64,000 bases of DNA from Octopus vulgaris (Eukaryota): positions 103,788,001 to 103,852,000 of the forward strand of contig OX597817.1 of NCBI GenBank assembly GCA_951406725.2, given 5' to 3'. The first letter of the stretch is position 1. Every line of letters starts with the position of its first letter. Below are positions 1-12,799 of this stretch, piece after piece. The notes beneath the pieces were generated by a model that was given only the letters and a program-made list of their open reading frames with translations, was not told where the DNA came from and made no database searches. The translations under genes and the position numbers were made by a program.

Positions 1-31
1 ATATCAAAATAAGCAACAAGAATGACTCCGG

Positions 32-116
32 TAATTTGGTACGATCGTTTCGTACTACATTAAATGTTGTAAGTATTACAACAGATTTAAAATGCCGAGT
101 ACTCATCAGCCAATTA
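32..116 (-). ncRNA. Type I hammerhead ribozyme motif, intact core
   Basis: Minus strand: TAATTGG-CTGATGA-GTACT...(TGTTGTAA/TTACAACA hairpin)...AGTAC-GAAA-CGATCG-TA-CCAAATTA. All core nucleotides and stems I-III are present; predicted cleavage after GUA, between 40 and 39. Confidence 0.85.
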
Positions 117-204
117 TAGAGGTTTTCCATTAATACAAAAATATTCATATCAAGTGGCAACATAAAAGAGAAGGTAGATACATAGACAAAAATGTGGATT
201 TAAA

Positions 205-209
<5 letters not shown>

Positions 210-252
<43 letters not shown>
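210..252. repeat. (TA)n microsatellite, Tc1 target
   Basis: Direct read. Confidence 0.95.
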
Positions 253-255
<3 letters not shown>

Positions 256-1873
256 TTGCGGCCAAAAATGTTCAGAACGGCATTGTTTTCGTCAGAAAAG
301 TAAGTATAAGTTTTTATCAAAGTTGTTTTATATTTTATAATTTTCACAGACAATAAATACGATATTATTTGTTATTGCCTGAGATTTTGGTGTTAATTTG
401 AGAGGATAATACAAAAGTTATGAATGATTTAGTGATTTACTGCAAAACCCATGGCGGCCAAAATGATCAGAACGGTTGCTTTTACTCTGTGTTTTATCAT
501 ATTTAACTGGCGAACTCTAATGTTTTGAATTTGTTTACGTGACGGTTCGTTTACTAAACATTAGTAAGAATATTTGCAGTGTACTTTGTTAATATAATGC
601 CACTTACTCCGTTACCAATTCGTCAGCAGATTATTAAGCTTCGAAGGAAGGATAATTTAAGTATTGGATCTATTGCAAAGATTGTTAACAAGTCTAAAAG
701 TGTTGTACATGGTATTCTTAAGGTCTACGCTGATTGTGGTTCGTGTGAAGCAAGAAAGCTTACAGGTAGGCCAAGAAAAACGACCAAGAGTGAAGATCGT
801 GCTATGGTAAAGTTGGTTAAAAAGGACAGATTTAAAACTGCTGCTGCTGTTTCTCGGAAAATGAGCATTGTATTAAAGAAAACGATCTCTCGAAAAACTG
901 TGTCTCGTCGTTTAGTTGAACATGACCTACAAGCAAGAGCACCTGCAGTGAAGCCACTGATCAGCTCCAAGAAAAAAAGTGTCGTCTTACTTTTGCAACC
1001 GAACATGTGTTGTGGTCTCAAGAAAAATGGCAAACGGTGCATTTCAGTGATGAATCTAAGTTTATGTTATTTGGCTCAGATGGGAAAAGGTACGTTCGTC
1101 GAAAAATAGGTAAAAGATTGTCGCGTAAATGCCTTAAGACTAGTGTTAAATTCGGTGGAGGAAGTGTCATGATTTGGGGAATGATATCTGGCGATGGTGT
1201 GGGCCCTGTGGTGCGATTACATGAAAGTTAAATGCAGGAGTGTATAAACAACTTGTAAAAGATCATGTCTTGCCTGTGCTGAGAAATTCAACTAAGCGAC
1301 CATCCATATTCATGCAGGACAATGCCCCATGTCACAAGGCTAAGGTGGTCATGAACTTCCTCAAGGCTGAAAAGGTTATTGTTATGAATTGGCCTGCTCA
1401 AAGCCCAGATCTCAATCCTATTGAAAATGTGTGGAATATTTTAGGAGAACGTTCGAAAGCCAGAAATCCTAAAACAACTGAGCAATTATGGAATGTCCTT
1501 CAGGAAGAATGGAATAAGATCACCCAGCAAGAAATTGAAAATTTAATTTCCTCATGCAGTCGAAGATGTCAGAGTGTGATTGAAGCTAAAGGGCTTCACA
1601 CTAAATATTAAATAATTCCAGTATTCTCCGTCATTTTCGATTATTTTTTCAACCGTTCTGATCATTTTGGCCGCCATGGGTTTTGCAGTAAATCACTAAA
1701 TCATCCATAACGTTTGTATTATCCTCTCAAATTACACCAACATCTCAGACAATAACAATTAATATTGTATTTATTGTCTATGAAAATTATAGAATATAAA
1801 ACAACTTTGATAAAAACTTATACTTACTTTTCTGACGAAAACAATGCCGTTCTGAACATTTTGGCCGCAACTG
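253..1873 (+). mobile_element. Tc1-family DNA transposon, IR/DR type, near full length
   Basis: ~225-bp TIRs (253-478 and 1650-1873) starting CAGTTGCGGCCAAAAATGTTCAGAACGG, each with an inner direct repeat GCGGCCAAAATGATCAGAACGG; TA on both flanks. Confidence 0.96.
597..1611 (+). pseudogene. Tc1 transposase (DD34E) with two frameshifts
   Basis: HTH and GRPRK motif, VHFSDESKF, FMQDNAPCH, SPDLNPIENVW (34 residues between D and E); frame changes near 970-980 and ~1228. Confidence 0.93.
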
Positions 1874-1896
1874 TATATGTTATATACATGTTTATT

Positions 1897-1929
<33 letters not shown>

Positions 1930-2049
1930 GTATATTTATATATGTTATTTATATATAGGAACGTCAACCTATATGTAAATTCGTCGCCACGCCAATATTT
2001 TTACTAAATATTGGAGGCCTGTTGCATCGCAACAGCAAAAGCAAAATGT

Positions 2050-3230
2050 TTTTCCTGAAACACTTCGCTACATGCAATCAATCCCTATGCATAGAACTGT
2101 CATACACAAATACAGTATGTAACATTCTAATTATATACATAAAACAACACAATATAGTCATATGCAATACATATTGCCCACAGGATGCTCCAAACCACAT
2201 AGGCCAATTTAAAGATTGCCTCACAAGAATTAAAGTAATCCTCATAAAACTGGGACATCTTGCAAGTGTGTTTCTTATGAGTGATTTCAAATTCCCCAAT
2301 GTCAAATAGCCCGTAGGCCTCATGCCCTCAGGAATGACTCATTGCAAACAAATACAGATGGAGTCCCTACTCAACCTCGCCAATGCTCTATTCATGGAGT
2401 ATGTTGTGCTCAGACCAACTAGGGTGATTAACATTTTGTATCTCTGCTTCACAAACAATATGGACTTCTTTCATTATGTGAAAGTGACGCTGACATTAGT
2501 TTCGGATCACAACATAATAGAGCTATGTATGGACCCAAAGTAGCCAGAGCCATACAGCCTAAAGGAAGCACCCAGAATCTTTCCAATCTCAACTTCCACA
2601 AAGCAGACTGGAAATCGATCCAAAAAGAGATCTTCAGCCAGGACTGGCCGAAATGTCTCTCCACACAGGACATTGGCATGAAACTAGAATAGTTCGTGTC
2701 TTATGCAAACCGTATGCCAGAAAAATGTCCCAGAGCAGAAGGCCAACACAAAAAGGAACAAGGTTCTAAGGGAGAGGAAGATCCTAATGAAACGACGGAC
2801 GAAGGTTGCAAATCGCTTCAACCAATCCCAAAAGTAGTGAAAGGTCCCGCTTAAAAACAACACTGATGGAGATTGAAAAAAGCCTACAACAATCTTGTGT
2901 AGGTTATAGCAGACAAAGAAACCTGGGTTATAAAAAAACATCAAGTCAAACCCAAAGACTTCATTTCATTATGCCAAAAAACAGCCTCAGTACGCTGCAA
3001 AATTGGACCCCTCTTCCAAAAGGATGGCTACCACACAGATAACACAACCAAGATCAGTGAGGTACCGAATGACCAATTCAAAAGTGTCTTTACCACACCG
3101 TTGGAACACAGACAAGTGAACGAACGAACCAGTGGGTTTCTTTACCGTCTCAGTGAGGCAGTTACGATGGATTACATCGACATTGCTGATGAAGATATAA
3201 TACTAGCCATAAATGAGGTGGACGCAGACT
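2050..3230 (+). mobile_element. Decayed CR1/Jockey-like LINE fragment (APE endonuclease to pre-RT region)
   Basis: Degenerate motifs MSDFKFP (GDFNxP), PTRVINILYLCFTNN, SDHNII, NFHKADW; many stops. Confidence 0.7.
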
Positions 3231-4289
3231 CAATTAATTCCATTATCTTATATAAAAATAAAATTTGAAAATTTCACTATTATCATGGTAGCTCTATCAT
3301 TGCTGGACATTATTCACATGTAAAACGTATGTTTCCAAACGTTATCCTCCATATGACCGGTAACATATTAGGTGAACTATAATTTCGGATGATTGTGTAT
3401 TAGACCATAAACAGAAAGCACCATTTATTGAGTAACTTTTAGTAAGCACAATCTATGCAGAAGTGACATGACTTTGTGGATAGGATATTAGACTAACTGC
3501 AATGAGGTAGGATTTCAAAACCGTTGCTGGAAGTTCGTTGCATTTTGGGGCAGATAATTTTACTTTGCTTCATTTTGATGTAGTTATCACAAATAGCTAC
3601 CACACACACATTATATATATATGTGTGTGGGTGTGTGTGTGTGTGTGTGTGTGGAAATATTTAACCTCATATCAATCTGCCACCTCGCTATTATATTGAG
3701 ACCGTTATTCCGATTATGAGATATATATAATGGTTAGTGTATACTACAACCTGTTTTGCATTAAACTGCTCATATTCATGGATGCCCATCGTCGCCGATA
3801 GCTTAAAGGAGCCTCCACATGATCGCTCGACCTGCTTGTAATAACCAAATTTCCTTTCAATTCCACTTACTGTCATAAACAAGTTGATATCTATTACATT
3901 TGAATAACATGGTATCATAAATACAATGACTGAATAATAGAGGTGATAATCACAACTGGAACACATCTACTTAGTCAGGACAGATCTGCGACTATGCAAC
4001 AACAATCCTTTAAACACAAGCCCTTTCTGTAGGAAGTCACTTAACTCGACACAAACAAATCGCTCGTACTTTATTGATCATTTAACAGAATTTGATATCA
4101 AAAATTCCAATGCTAAAAGCATTGGAATCTCTAATATGAATTTAATAACACTGTAATTTCTATAAATAGGACAAACCTAAGAATAATGATTATTATTAAA
4201 ACTTCGTCCATCTCAAGGCTTACGTTCATTACTTGCATTCATCAGCTTTATGTTTTCTAAATTAACAATGTTAAATCAATATTGATTTC

Positions 4290-4570
4290 TTACATTAGTG
4301 CCAAGACATGCATTTATAGAGACGGGAGCTCATTCGATCTAGTCGACTCCAATTCATTACTGGAACATGTTTTACCTACCCTAGAGAGATGAAAAGCAAA
4401 GTCAACACTTCTAGAAGTTGATCTCGAAGACCTGTTCAAATATTGGTTTCAAATTTTCACACAACCCCAGCAGTTTCTGTGGAGAGAGTTAAGTCAATGA
4501 CATTGATTCCAGTGCTTAACTGGTACTTATCTCATCCACTCATAAAAGATGAAAGGCAAAGTCGAATGCA
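4290..4570 (-). mobile_element. Decayed SINE family B remnants
   Basis: GATGAAAGGCAAAGTCGA and ACTGGTACTTA motifs. Confidence 0.55.
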
Positions 4571-5419
4571 GAACGGAAAGACCAACCAATGGTTCGGCCA
4601 GCTCTGGCCCTGTTCAAATATTGGAAGACATTTTTGTTTGGGATTCTACTGATTCTACCCTCCATCGTCCTTAATGTATTAACAGAACTAAAATGTAAAG
4701 AAGGGAGCTGGTGAGTATTTTTCGGTATTGAATATGTAGCTCTCTCTTTCAAAGTTAAAATCCCACTGGAATCGGTTTTGCATTTTGTCCTTTGGGGTCA
4801 ATCCTCACGTGTCTAACTGACAAATCAATATGCGTGAGTTAGCATTTCAAATACTTGATTCCAAGCCTGTCACATAAATGTTAAGTGTTCAAGTCGGTTT
4901 TCATGACAACGAGTTCTATATGAATATAAACAATTTATGCATACATCATAATATTTTTTTAACAAAATAAAATTAGAAATATTCAGCAAAAATCTAAATC
5001 CCCCTCTGTCGAAGTACTAACAATGTACTGATGAGGCATGTGAAACTATCTTTCCTTAGTTATGTTCTGTAATGGAATTTTCGTATAATGTTTTACATAT
5101 TATTTTTCTCATGATTTGGATAATGAGATAATTATCATATTCACTTCAGATTCAGGAAAGTATAGTTCAATGTGTACCGAACTTTGCCCAATTTCTTTTT
5201 AAACATGTTTTTAAGCAATTTTGAAACCGTCTTAACAAGTAGCCATGTATACATACATATGTAACTGCCATTTGTGGAAAACATTACACAGGAAGGGGAA
5301 AATCTCAAGTTGAATGTACTAATTAAAAATCAGGAAATATTGACTCCAGTTGAAAATCTTACGAAAGCAAACCTTTACAGCTAATTTTTCCATCATAATC
5401 ATAGGTTAGCAAGGAAAAT

Positions 5420-6630
5420 TCATGACGAGAGCCATCTACGCCGATTATATGTTTGCTAGCTATTGGTTGAAGATTTTAATACTGAACAGTCAGATGTGGC
5501 TGCAGTAGCTACAAGAGAAATTCTGCGCTAGGTTAGGTGCTAGTGTGTCAAAATTTTCCATTATTATACTTTGTCTTCGATATCACCTTTGATCTCTAAG
5601 GAAGGAGCCTGGTAAATATTCTTTTTTACTTTGACACAAGGCCCGAAATTTTGGAGGAAGGGGGCCAGTCGATTAAATCGACCCCATTACGCAACTGGTA
5701 CTTAATTTATCGACTCCAAAAGGATGAAAGGCAAAGTCAACCGCGGCGGAATTTGAACTCAAAACGTAAAAAACACGAAATACCGCTAAGCATTTCGCCC
5801 GGCGTGCTAACGTTTCTACCAGCTCGCCGCCTGGTAAATATTGTGCCCCCAGACCTCCTGATTGAAATCAATGGCAATCCACCGGTAATGATAAATATGA
5901 CAGACACCAAAGGATTTCTTCAGAGTGCCCTTATACATTTATTGCCCATGTTACATGGTGACTACTGGATAGTTCATTATGCAGCACAGAAAATTTGCCC
6001 TACCCTGTGCAGCATGACCTTGTTTGTGACATCCATCTGACTGAAGATTTCCATATAGGTAACGAAGTTACCAGCAACAGAGTCATCAGCATTGAAATTA
6101 CTCCAGTTGATATTGAGGATAGCGCGAAAGCAGCGCCGGGGGACGAGCTCAAAGTGCCCTCGGTAATGATGGTAGGTAATTCATGGCCCGGAGCCATACA
6201 GCAGGAGATCACTCGAAAGTTTCTATACACGCTGATCTTGATGCCTTTCCAAAGAGGTTTACAGTTTCAGACATTTATGTACAATCTACCAAATGCTCTA
6301 TTGTTTTGCCAGTCTGTTGAGTTTTTGTCGATCATTGCATCTGATGAAATGATGCCCACTGTACACCAAGTAGTTGAACTGATGAACTGTCTTTACCTCT
6401 GACTCACCAATGGAAATGCAGCAAATGTGGTAACATTCATGAGATATGGGTTGATGAAGACCTTTTGTTTTCTTCAAGCTGTCCTCCAGACTGAAGTGCT
6501 CGATATTTTCTGAACTTTCTGAACCCATAACAAGCAAATTGGTCTCGACTCAACAGAGATGACTACTGCAAATATCATACGTGAAGCCAATTCAAGATCT
6601 TTTAGCAGGTCATCTTCAGAGTGTGAGATC
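5420..6630 (-). mobile_element. Decayed RTE-like LINE, 3' part (RT C-terminus), interrupted by a SINE
   Basis: SLKKTKGLHQP...VHQFNYL...NRLAK, KISVYR, VRWMS, LHNEL, KGTLKKSF resemble the RTE ORF2 C-terminus. Confidence 0.7.
5621..5832 (-). mobile_element. tRNA-derived SINE family B with TSD
   Basis: Head AGGCGGCGAGCTGG, B-box-like GAGTTCAAATTCC, central GCCTTTCATCC...GTCGATAAATTAAGTACCAG; TSD GGTAAATATT at 5611-5620 and 5833-5842. Confidence 0.9.
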
Positions 6631-8590
6631 CAAACTGCTTAAAATGTGGTTTAAAACTCCGCTCCGGGTAATACACAGTTTACAGGATTGAAATCTATGT
6701 TGGGTTTATGTACTAGTATTCCCCTTACTATTCTGTTGGTCGTCTGCAAATTAATAAGTATTTGCATTTATTGGCGCAAGCAAACCTTACGCTGTGCTGA
6801 TAAATATATCGCATAGTCAACAGAAAATACGACAATAGATGAAATTTACAAACTCATTTAACCACACTCAGAGACAATCAACAAGATATAACTACTACGT
6901 GTGTAACAAGAAAATGTTCTGCTTTTAAAATAAGCAAGGGTATTGAAGACAAATAGGATAATTATTTGATATCAAATGAGGTGTATGAAAACACCAGGAA
7001 AGACAAAATAATAGCAAATGAATTTAAGAATCGAAAAATTGTGGAAGTACGATTTCAGAATAGTTCAAACGTTACAGTATAAATCCAATAAGAACTATAC
7101 ATGCCATGTATCCCCCGTCAGAAAATTAATTTGCAAAGATTCAAGTTATTCTGCTTTTTGCTTCATTTTTGATCAGTTTGTTGAAAATTACAATTGTTTG
7201 AATTGATTTTAAACAGCTAACTAATCAAAAACTATAGGTAAAAAGTGAATATTTTTAAAATAGGCGTAAAGTTCTTACTTCCGACCATAAGCACTATGGG
7301 AAATATATTTGTTCTAAGTTATAAGGGAAAAATCTCAGTTGACTCACGTACAACGAGAGATCAGAGGTAAGTAATGTAAGTAATATTTCTGAGAGAACAC
7401 ATATGTGTACATATTTATGATGTATAAATCTAATTCTGTATAATTTTAGTCTTTAAAAAATGTATGAGTATAGATAAGAAAGTATATTTTACAAAATAAT
7501 TTAAATTTAGTTTGTTATAAACATTCTTGATATGCGTGGAGCAAATTTTACGTCCATTATTATACATGGAGTTAGAAGCAAGTGAGTTATATTGTGTATT
7601 CGTACATAATTATCTAAATTCAATGTAATTAAATAGTGAGTTATCATCTAAAAGAAATATTTGTGCAATGTATATCTAAGATTATCTCATATTTCATATA
7701 TATATGTGTGTGTGTGTGTATGCAAACACATATATATCATTCTGATGGTCACTTTTTTAGTATGAAGTTTCAATACTCATTGCAAATTTTAATTTGCGCG
7801 TGTTAATTGGAATGGTTAATCTACCTTGATATTATTTAAGATTTTTCAGTCCAAGTTGTGCAAGAAATTTTCTACTTTTTATCAGAAAAACACTAATTGA
7901 AAAAATGTGTGTTGAAGATTTACATTTTAAACTATTTCTAAAACCCTTCTAAGTATCAAAAGGGTAATCTATTTTCGCCACATTGTTTCGTGTCAATATA
8001 TTTTAAATGTCTATTTATTTAAAAGAAGATTTTAATATGCATTTCCTGGTATTTAAATTCAGTATAGAAAGTACAATATAAAAAACTATTTCATGTCATA
8101 CAATGTTGAGGTGTAATGCAAAATATTTCTCATTTTGCACCAAAAAAACCTGTTTCATTTTTTTCATTTACTTTTGAACGATTTATTCACTTTTCTGAAA
8201 TTCATGTTCAGATAAAGCTAAATTATTTTGATTTCTGTGTCACTACACAATGACCTAGTTGCATAAAAAAAAAAAGATAGCGAGAGCTAACACCCTTCAT
8301 AGTATTTGAGGTCATTTCCGAATACCAGTAAAAATATTTCATGGAAATTTAAAATCTGGAACATAAAATATTGAAGTTAATTTGAAATAAGTGAAATACA
8401 AGACAAGGGTCTATTACAGAGAGAAAGAGAGGGGGCAGACAAAAACAGAAAGAAACAGACTGACACGGAAAGAAAAAGAGATCACCAAAGTTATGTAGGA
8501 GTGTGTAGACACACATTTTATACACATAATTACACACACCACATAAATTCTATCTCCCCCCCTTTTTTTCTCTCTCTCTCTCACACACAT

Positions 8591-8636
<46 letters not shown>

Positions 8637-8704
8637 TTAAGTGTCTAACCTCTGGACGATCAAAGCATTTTGAGTAAATTTAATTGAACTAAAAAAAGCC
8701 CATC

Positions 8705-8740
<36 letters not shown>

Positions 8741-8811
8741 TGTGTGTGTGTGTGTGTGTGTGGTGTACATAAATACATAGACTATAAGAGATTGAGATGC
8801 CTTATCCAACA

Positions 8812-8862
8812 GGTTTTGGGATCTGATGATGGACGTGAAACCAAAGGTAATCCCAATAAACC
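8812..8862 (+). ncRNA. Minimal type I hammerhead motif with degenerate stem II
   Basis: TTGGGAT-CTGATGA-tggacgt-GAAA-CCaaaGG-TA-ATCCCAA; 7-bp stem I. Confidence 0.6.
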
Positions 8863-8980
8863 GGCCTTTTCTAACATTTTATATTATATATACATGCATA
8901 TATACACACACACGTATGAACAGACACTCTCTCTTTCTCTATCTCGTATATATATATACACACACACTATATATAATATA

Positions 8981-9450
8981 TTAAAGAACCGCAGTAGAGT
9001 CCGTTCGAACAGACAGCCATGTTAAAGTCGTTACAACTATCAATTGTCGGTACAACTACTGCGTTGATTTCTTTAAAAGATTTTAGAACTAGCATTTTTG
9101 CTTGTTGCAAAATCAGCAGCTGTGTGTTCACTCGAAATATGTATACTGCGAGCAGAAGTGAGCAACTACCATTTCTAGCAGACGAGGTATCCAGTACTGA
9201 TGAGTGGCAGAAATAGCCCGAAACCAGAACTGGTCTAGTCGTTAGAATGTGGTAGAAGTTCACTCCCCTGCTCGCAATTTATCGGAAGCAGCTGTGCATC
9301 ATTAACCAGCTAGAGGAGATGCCCTTTGGGTTTAAAAAAATCGTAGTAGAGTCCGTTCGAACGGACAGCCATGTTAAAGTGGCTACGAATATTACTTGTC
9401 AGTACAACTACTGCATTGATCTGTGAAGATTTTAGAACTAGCATTTTTGC

Positions 9451-9452
<2 letters not shown>
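8981..9452 (+). mobile_element. Retrozyme-like element (352-bp monomer plus ~120-bp repeat)
   Basis: Direct repeats 8981-9103 and 9332-9452 (offset 352) enclosing a hammerhead; no coding capacity recognised. Confidence 0.75.
9147..9276 (+). ncRNA. Type I hammerhead ribozyme in a long stem I
   Basis: CTGATGA 9197-9203, stem II GtGGC/GCCC, GAAA 9220-9223, stem III CCAG-aa-CTGG, GUC site at 9235; extended stem I TGCGAGCAG/CTGCTCGCA, AGTGAGC/GTTCACT, CTACCA/TGGTAG, TTCTAGC/GTTAGAA. Confidence 0.85.
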
Positions 9453-9495
<43 letters not shown>

Positions 9496-9524
9496 GTATG
9501 TACACGCACACACACCATGTATGT

Positions 9525-9735
9525 ATTTGGTACACAGAAACTGAAAGCGGTCCATTGTATGTGTCATTATCGCGTGAGAACAGGTTTTAGTTCATTTACG
9601 TCCGTGTAACATAACACTTCGATAGAATAACTAGTAGACTTTAAAAAAAGTACTGGAGTTGATTTGTTCGACTAAAAACTTCAAGGCGGTGCCTCAGCGT
9701 GGCCGCAGTCCATTGACTGAAAAAAAAAGTAAAAG
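9525..9735 (+). mobile_element. SINE family A, decayed 3' part
   Basis: GAAACTGAAAG...TTCGACTAAAAAC...GGCCGCAGTC tail. Confidence 0.65.
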
Positions 9736-10512
9736 TAATGTATTTATTCAAAGCTCTATTGTAGTGCTCTCTCTCCAGTTGAAAACCACAAACGATGAAT
9801 TTCGAGAAATGTCAGACAGAGAGTGGGGAGAGACTGATAAAGACAGAAATGCGTACAGCCATGCAAACAGACGTGCATATATTTATCTGTACAGCTAAGC
9901 AATATGAGCATATTTTCCTACCTGTTTGCTTACCTATATATATATATATATATAGTGCGAAACGTTTCTTAATACAATTGTCATACAAGGGTAAATTTAT
10001 TTGTATATTTTTCTTTTATGTATTTTTAGTGTTGTCACTTGATTGTTGGCATTCTGAGAAATATTTTCTTTGTCGGCCTCTGGATCGATTCAAGGCAAGT
10101 ACCGACGTAGACGGAATTACAACTCACACAGTAAAGAAACGCGAACAATCTGATTACCACCAAGTATCTTGTCTAACGGTCTACACAACCTACCAACAAC
10201 ACGTGCGCTCGCATACCAACAGAGGAATCCATACATGTGTTAATATTAGGATTGTTAAATTCTAAAATTTATTAATAGGTCTTAGTACTTTTAGGAGATA
10301 AACTATTAAATATTGCGTGAGCACGGTCCTTAAATTCCCTGCGTGGCAGTATACGTAACTCGTTCGGTTCAATAAATCGCTACAAACGGAACTTGATCAC
10401 CAGTTTCCATTTTGCATTATATGCACTCATGTATGCATGCAAGCAAGCAAGCAAGTAAGCAAGCAAGCGCACACTTACACACGTGAGTGTATGAGTGTTT
10501 GAAAAAATACAT

Positions 10513-10656
10513 AGGCACAGGAGTGGCTGGGTAGTAAGTAGCTTGCTTACCAACCACATGCTTCTGGGTTCGATCCCACTGCGTAGTACCTTGGGCAAGT
10601 GTCTTCTACCATAGCCTTGTGAGTGAATTTGGTAGACAGAAACTGAAAGAAGACGG

Positions 10657-10694
<38 letters not shown>

Positions 10695-10893
10695 ATACAT
10701 GTTTGTGTTTGTCCCCCACTATCGCTTGATAACCTATGTTGGTGTGTTTACGTCCCTGTAACCTAGCGGTTCGGCAAAAGAGACCAATAGATTAAGTACT
10801 AGGCTTACAAAGAATAAATACTTGGGGCTATTTCTTTGACAAAAGACAGTGCTCCAGCATGGCAGCTGTCAAATGACAGTAACAAATAGAAGA
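10513..10893 (+). mobile_element. tRNA-derived SINE family A with internal microsatellite
   Basis: A-box-like TGGCTGGGTAG, B-box GGTTCGATCCC, CCTTGGGCAAGTG, internal (TA)n, conserved tail. Confidence 0.9.
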
Positions 10894-10904
10894 ATATATA
10901 TAAT

Positions 10905-11205
10905 ATTGTTTCCCAACCATGTGGTTCCGGGTTCAGTTTCACTGTGTGGCACCTTGAACAAATATCTTCAACTGTAGCCTCGGGCTGACCAAATCTTTGA
11001 GAGTGGATTTGGTAGATGAAACAAAGAAGCTCATCACTTGCGCGCGCGCATGTTTACGTCCCCTTAACTTAGCGGTTTGGCAAAGGGTGCGACAGAATAA
11101 ATATCAGGCTAAAACAAAAAATACTGAGGTCGATTCGTTCGACTAAAATTCCTTGAAAGCACTGCTCCAGCCTGGCGCAGTTTAATGACTGAAACAAGTA
11201 AAAAA
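10905..11205 (+). mobile_element. SINE family A, 5'-truncated
   Basis: Similarity to the other family A copies. Confidence 0.8.
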
Positions 11206-11702
11206 ATATACGAGAGATAGCGAGAAACAAAGTTGTTTGGAATCTTTTTGAATGGCCTGCATCCAGTTCGTGCGGCGCAAAACTTACTTTAATGCTATAA
11301 GCCTTCGTGAAATATTTTGCTACGTACACGCCCATTTAAAATGTTTTATTGATACAACTGACTATACTACACTGAAACTGACAGGTGATCACACACACAC
11401 ACTTATGCGCGCGCGCACGCACGTAAAAGTATGTATTTGTAAATAAACACACGCGCGCAGTGTGGGTAGTGGTGAAGATGTATGGCTTAGTGGTAAACGT
11501 GTTGCACTCACGATAGCTGTTGTCAATTCAACTGAAAATGGCTATGCCTACAACGGAATAGCCTTCTTCCGATCAGGGGAAATGTTGACCTGTCCGCCCA
11601 GCCAGCGAGGGCATCATTCCAAAGCTAAAACTATTCGAGGAGCATTGTGACCAGCGATGTATAATAAAAACCAATAATCTGGTCAATAGCGTGATTTTAT
11701 AT

Positions 11703-11733
<31 letters not shown>

Positions 11734-12127
11734 CAAGTGTATATCTATATACACACACAATTGTATATCTATATACACACACACAAGTGTATATCTATAT
11801 GCACACACAGAGATACATACACACACGCACACAACACATACATGTAATTGGTTACAACACATGCGACATAAAGAAAACAACGTAACACGAAAAAAAAATC
11901 ACTTCTAAAAATTAGTTACCGTACATCCGTTTTATATTTTTTTTCACACGCATTTTATTTCATTTTCTACTTCAGCTTTAATTTTCTGCTATTCTTTAAA
12001 TATGTTCGGTGAGACCGACATAAAATCGGATAAATCCACTGAAGTTGATGCTTGTTTCTCAAAAAGAAAAGAAAGTTGGCTGAGTGGTAGAGTCTGTAAA
12101 ACGACGTAAGTTGAAGTATGTCTGTAT

Positions 12128-12182
<55 letters not shown>

Positions 12183-12709
12183 CTTTTTCAGGATATAAAT
12201 TTCTAATGGGAAGCATTTCAGTGAGAGAAAGAGAAGGGAGGTAGAGATAGAAAGAGGATATGTGTAATTGAATGGTTGTGGAGTGGTAAGTTACGTAGTC
12301 AGTAATGGCGAGACACTATTGATATGGTCATAGTGTACACTTACCGCTACTCTCTATTCTATTGTCAGAAATACCACGGCTGGGTGCAGATTTCGGCTCT
12401 GCTGTGCTATGTTAACCATTGCATATTGGCACAGAATGACACTCACTCACCTCGATAGGTACTTAATTTTATAGATACGGAGGAATGAAAGACAAAGTTA
12501 CCCTCGGTGGGTTTTGAGCAGAGAACGTAAAGAGCCGAAACAAATGAAAAAATATACCTGGCAATCTTTTCTCGTATATATGTGTGTGTGTGTGCATACA
12601 TTTATATACATTCATGCACGCGTACACACATAATTGTATACAAAAATACACCCACATATGCATTCATATTCACGCACACAAAAAAAAATAAAACTAACTA
12701 TATATATAC

Positions 12710-12742
<33 letters not shown>

Positions 12743-12799
12743 CATAAATGAATTTGTATTAAAACACCTCTCCCACATATAGTATATATATATATACTC

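Noticed and set aside
5020-5070. CTGATGA-ggcatgt-GAAA-CTA...TAG-TT hammerhead-like string
   Set aside because: Stem I and stem II do not pair convincingly; could be a decayed copy but is not supportable
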